Shown here: piece after piece, positions 60,759 to 64,000 of the stretch
How positions within the stretch are numbered: position 1 is the stretch's first letter
Layout: the number at the start of each line of letters is the position of its first letter
From: Selaginella moellendorffii
Lineage: Eukaryota > Plantae > Lycopodiophyta
NCBI RefSeq assembly: GCF_000143415.4
Contig: NW_003314263.1
Span: 1,762,749 to 1,826,748 of the forward strand
Direction: 5' to 3'
DNA: 64,000 bases
Notes under the pieces: generated by a model
Databases searched by the model: none
Told to the model about the DNA's origin: nothing
Seen by the model: the letters and a program-made list of their open reading frames with translations, nothing else
Translations under genes and position numbers: made by a program

Positions 60759-63700
60759 TGTAAGCCACAAATTTTTCCTTTCCAATTTGTCAACTTACCT
60801 CGTCTACCTGTCCAACATTGCCTTGGCTTTTGCTAAGTTCCTTCGCCAAGGTTCCCACCTATGGTACCAGCTCCTACTTGGGCCTACTTGGTTTCAACTA
60901 CTCACTGCACGAACAACGGAGCGTTAGCCATCCATCCACGGATTCCCAAATCTCTCCCAATCCCCCTCCCAAGGTTAGACTGGACTTAAAGTTTAGCTAC
61001 ACTCCCCGCAGGCACAAGCACCCAAACGCACCAAGCCTTCAAGTTCCTAACACCCCTTGGTACCACAAGACTTGATCATGGGACCCTCTAAATCCCAAGT
61101 CTTACGTGCTAACACTTGCTTCGGGACGCCGAGGCGAAACACCATGGCCTAACGACCCAGTATGGATACCTCTAGCCCCCCACTTCCATCCCGAAGGAAG
61201 GCCCAAGCCCCTAGGAAGGGCAAGGACCAATGAGCTGCATGGTACTCAAGTGGGGCACCACTCCATATGAGCTGGGAGCACCGCAGTCGATTTCCCTTTC
61301 GGGAGTTGGAGCTGCTCTTGAGCACTTCCTGGGGTGGCCCATTTGGCACCACCTAAGTCCCTGCTCAGTCCCACCCAAGGCCCCTCGGCCTTAGTCTCAA
61401 CCTCAAGTCAGTTTGGAAGCACCACTTGAGAGTTCCTTCAAGACTAGTTCCTGGATCTCACTATCCCTACTATAATTTTGGAACCCCCTGCAGCCCCCCC
61501 CCCCTCCCCCCCCTAGGAGACGCACATTTTGGGCTTTCACCCCTTAACCCGTATTAGTACTTGGACTCGGTCTCGGACTTGATCTCGGACTCGATCTCGG
61601 ACCCGACTTTGGACTCGGTCTCGGACTCGATCTTGGACGCGATATTGGACCCGATCTCAGATTTGACTTCGGACTCGACCTCGAACTCAGTCTCGGACCT
61701 GATTTGGATCTCGGACTCTGTCTTGAACTCGGTCTCAAACTCGGTCTCCGATTCGACCTCGGACTCGATCCCAGACTCTATCTCAAACTCGGTCTCAGAG
61801 TCGGTCTTGGACTCGATCTTTGACGCAGTCCCATCCAATGAACTCTTTGTCATTTTGGTCATGCTTTCGGGGATCCTTTAGCCTACGACACCTTGGCGAG
61901 TTGGTTCCTTACAACTCCACCACCCATAGAAGAAGTTCAATGCCCACATCAAACATCTCTTTTTTATCCTACGATTTGTTGATCATGTCTCCGGGGGCAT
62001 CCTTCCACTTAGCGGTGTGCCTAAGTTAGCCTCCCCAGCCAAGAGCCTATGACAATGGAATATAGGTGTCCCTATACTCCTCACCTCACCATGCCCTAGT
62101 ATGGGGTTGGGACTTGAACCCAACCTTGCTTTACTAGGGGGTTGGGACTCGAACCCAACCTCCATAGAATACGTATACGGATTTGACATCCCCGCAGGGA
62201 GTTGGGTGTAGTTCCCTACGCTTGGTCGACCTAGCTAACCCATGTTAATTAGCTTACCTTTGGCACGCCTTCGGGTCCCAATATATGCCATTGCTCAACT
62301 TCATAGATTGATACTTTAATTGAACTTTGCATAAGTACATAGAGTTTTACTTTGCAGAAATTCCTCCACTAGACCTCACGCGTTTGCAAGGTTCTCCTCC
62401 GGTTCCCATGTTGCTTCACAGTGTGGAAATCCTTTCCACTTCACATGGAACTCTCTCACCTTGTGTCTTTGTCGCTTGCTCTTGCGTGCATTGAGGATGG
62501 CCTCGACTTCGTATTCCTCTTCCCCTTGGATAACCTCAGGTAAAGGTCTTACTTGGTCCTTGCGAAGCGGATCCTCAAAATACGGCTTGAGTAAGTTCAT
62601 GTGGAACACGGGGTGCATCTTCCCCATCTCTTGAGGAAGTCAGAGATGGTAAGCCTCTTTCTGATTGCACTGCAAAGTTGTGAGCATTGCTGAAGTACTT
62701 TATTGATTCGAGCCTCAATCTCATAAGGCCCCGTGAACCTGCTTAAGGAACTCAAGATCAATTCATTTACAGGAATACATGCATTTTTACCTTTGGGTCA
62801 ACTTCCGGCTAATCCCACTTGGTAGCCTGAGGTTCTTGGTGTTCAACCACACCTTCTCCCCAGCTTGGAATTCTACATCCCGGCGCTTCTGGTTCACGAA
62901 CTTGGTTTGCCTTTGTTGAGCCCGTTCCAAGGAATCCCTTACTAGATTCCAAATGTTGAGTCTTTCCGCCGTGAATGCCTCCACTGCAGGTAACTCTCCA
63001 TGATACTCGGCCACGTCGAGTTCCACAGGACCTTCAATAGCTCACCCATTGATAACTTCCCATGGACTCACCCTAATGCTCGAATGTGGTGAGTTGTTAT
63101 AACACATTTCCGCAAGTCCCAAATGACTTACCTAATCAGTCTGGTCTCCCGAGACATAACATCGCAAATAATCCTCCAGCTGCCTATTCACCCTTTCCAT
63201 TTGTCCGTCTGTCAAAAAGTGTTAGTGCCATCAAACTTGACTTAATACCCATTACCTGTCTGTGGGTGATAGGCTGTACTAAATTTCAACTTGGTGCGAT
63301 ACTATTCCAGGAGTGTTCTCCAGAACCTACTGGTGAAGATCTTATCTTGATCTGAGATAATCTCTTCTGGCCTTCCCCACACTCGAACCACTTGTTTGAA
63401 GAACAGTTTCGCCACACCTTCCGCATCCACTTCCATTGTGGTGGGTATGAAATGTGCCATTTTCGAAAATCGATCCACCACCACAAATATCGTATCGAAC
63501 CCCTCGCTTGGAGGGAGTCCCGTGATGAAGTCCATCATAAGACATTTCCACGGACGATTTGGAATTGGGATGCTTTGTAACAAGCCCCCACTAGCCTTAG
63601 TCACGGCTTTGACCTGCTGACATGTTGGATACGTCTTTACATAGTTTTGGACGTCCTTAGCCATATTTGGCCAGTGGTACTTCCTCTTGAGTAAGCTCAT

Positions 63701-64000
63701 TGTCTTGGGCACTCCGCTGTGTCCCGCAAGAGGTCCGTCATGACACTCTTCTAAAGTTACCTTCTTTAGTTCCCCTTCTGGAACATACATCCTCGTTTGC
63801 TTGTAATATATGAGTCCGTTGCATTCTGCATAGCCTGTTTTCTCTTCCGTTGGCAGCTCACCTCTTTAGTGAGCTTCCCGTGCCTCTAGATTCCTCAGCA
63901 ACACTTCTTATGCTAGACCATCGTTCTCGTATGCAATCCGCACATCATCCCAAAAGGTTGCTGTCGCGCTGGATATCACCAACTTCAAGCTTGCTTTTCG
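60759..64000 (-). mobile_element. Ty3/gypsy chromovirus, 3' part (continues beyond window)
   Basis: 3' LTR 60759-61913 (TGTAAG...CTTACA), PPT 61914-61927, integrase and chromodomain. Confidence 0.93.
62376..64000 (-). pseudogene. pol: RNase H end, integrase (HHCC, DDE, GPY/F) and chromodomain, with three GT-AG inserts
   Basis: HDGPLAGH, MDFITGLP, VVVDRFSK, IISDQD, HPQT-DGQ, GPY, HPVFH, EYEVEAIL..VKWKGFP..ATWEP. Several in-frame stops. Confidence 0.92.

Overview
Eukaryotic, transposon-rich plant DNA. Short 40-80 bp introns, a tau-class GST and a CYP71-clan P450 suggest a lycophyte such as Selaginella (inference). The only intact host-like genes are the GST (39661-40415) and the P450 (41089-42677). 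The rest is nested mobile DNA: (1) a Sola-like/DUF7869 DDE element (<1 to ~9.4 kb); (2) a MULE-type element 20632-39602 with an 8-bp TSD, inserted between the GST TATA box and its 5'UTR, plus an older inverted copy at ~9.6-15.5 kb; (3) a non-coding LARD-like LTR family (full copy 21468-29091, solo LTR 18474-20256, rearranged copies forming a ~4.6-kb inverted duplication at 49.1-60.8 kb); (4) a Ty3/gypsy chromovirus 3' end (60759-64000). Main candidate novel system: both unrelated DNA transposons carry, divergent from the transposase, a gene fusing a ParB/Srx-like domain to a bacterial-type (beta-class N4C/N6A-like) methyltransferase fold, and both carry the same small YYTPG-NAPVTSETT ORF. The Sola-like element also has about 15 dispersed 22-bp palindromes. 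Second highlight: the chromovirus integrase is interrupted by three GT-AG mini-introns whose removal restores the reading frame. All domain calls are by-eye motif recognition; no database search was run.
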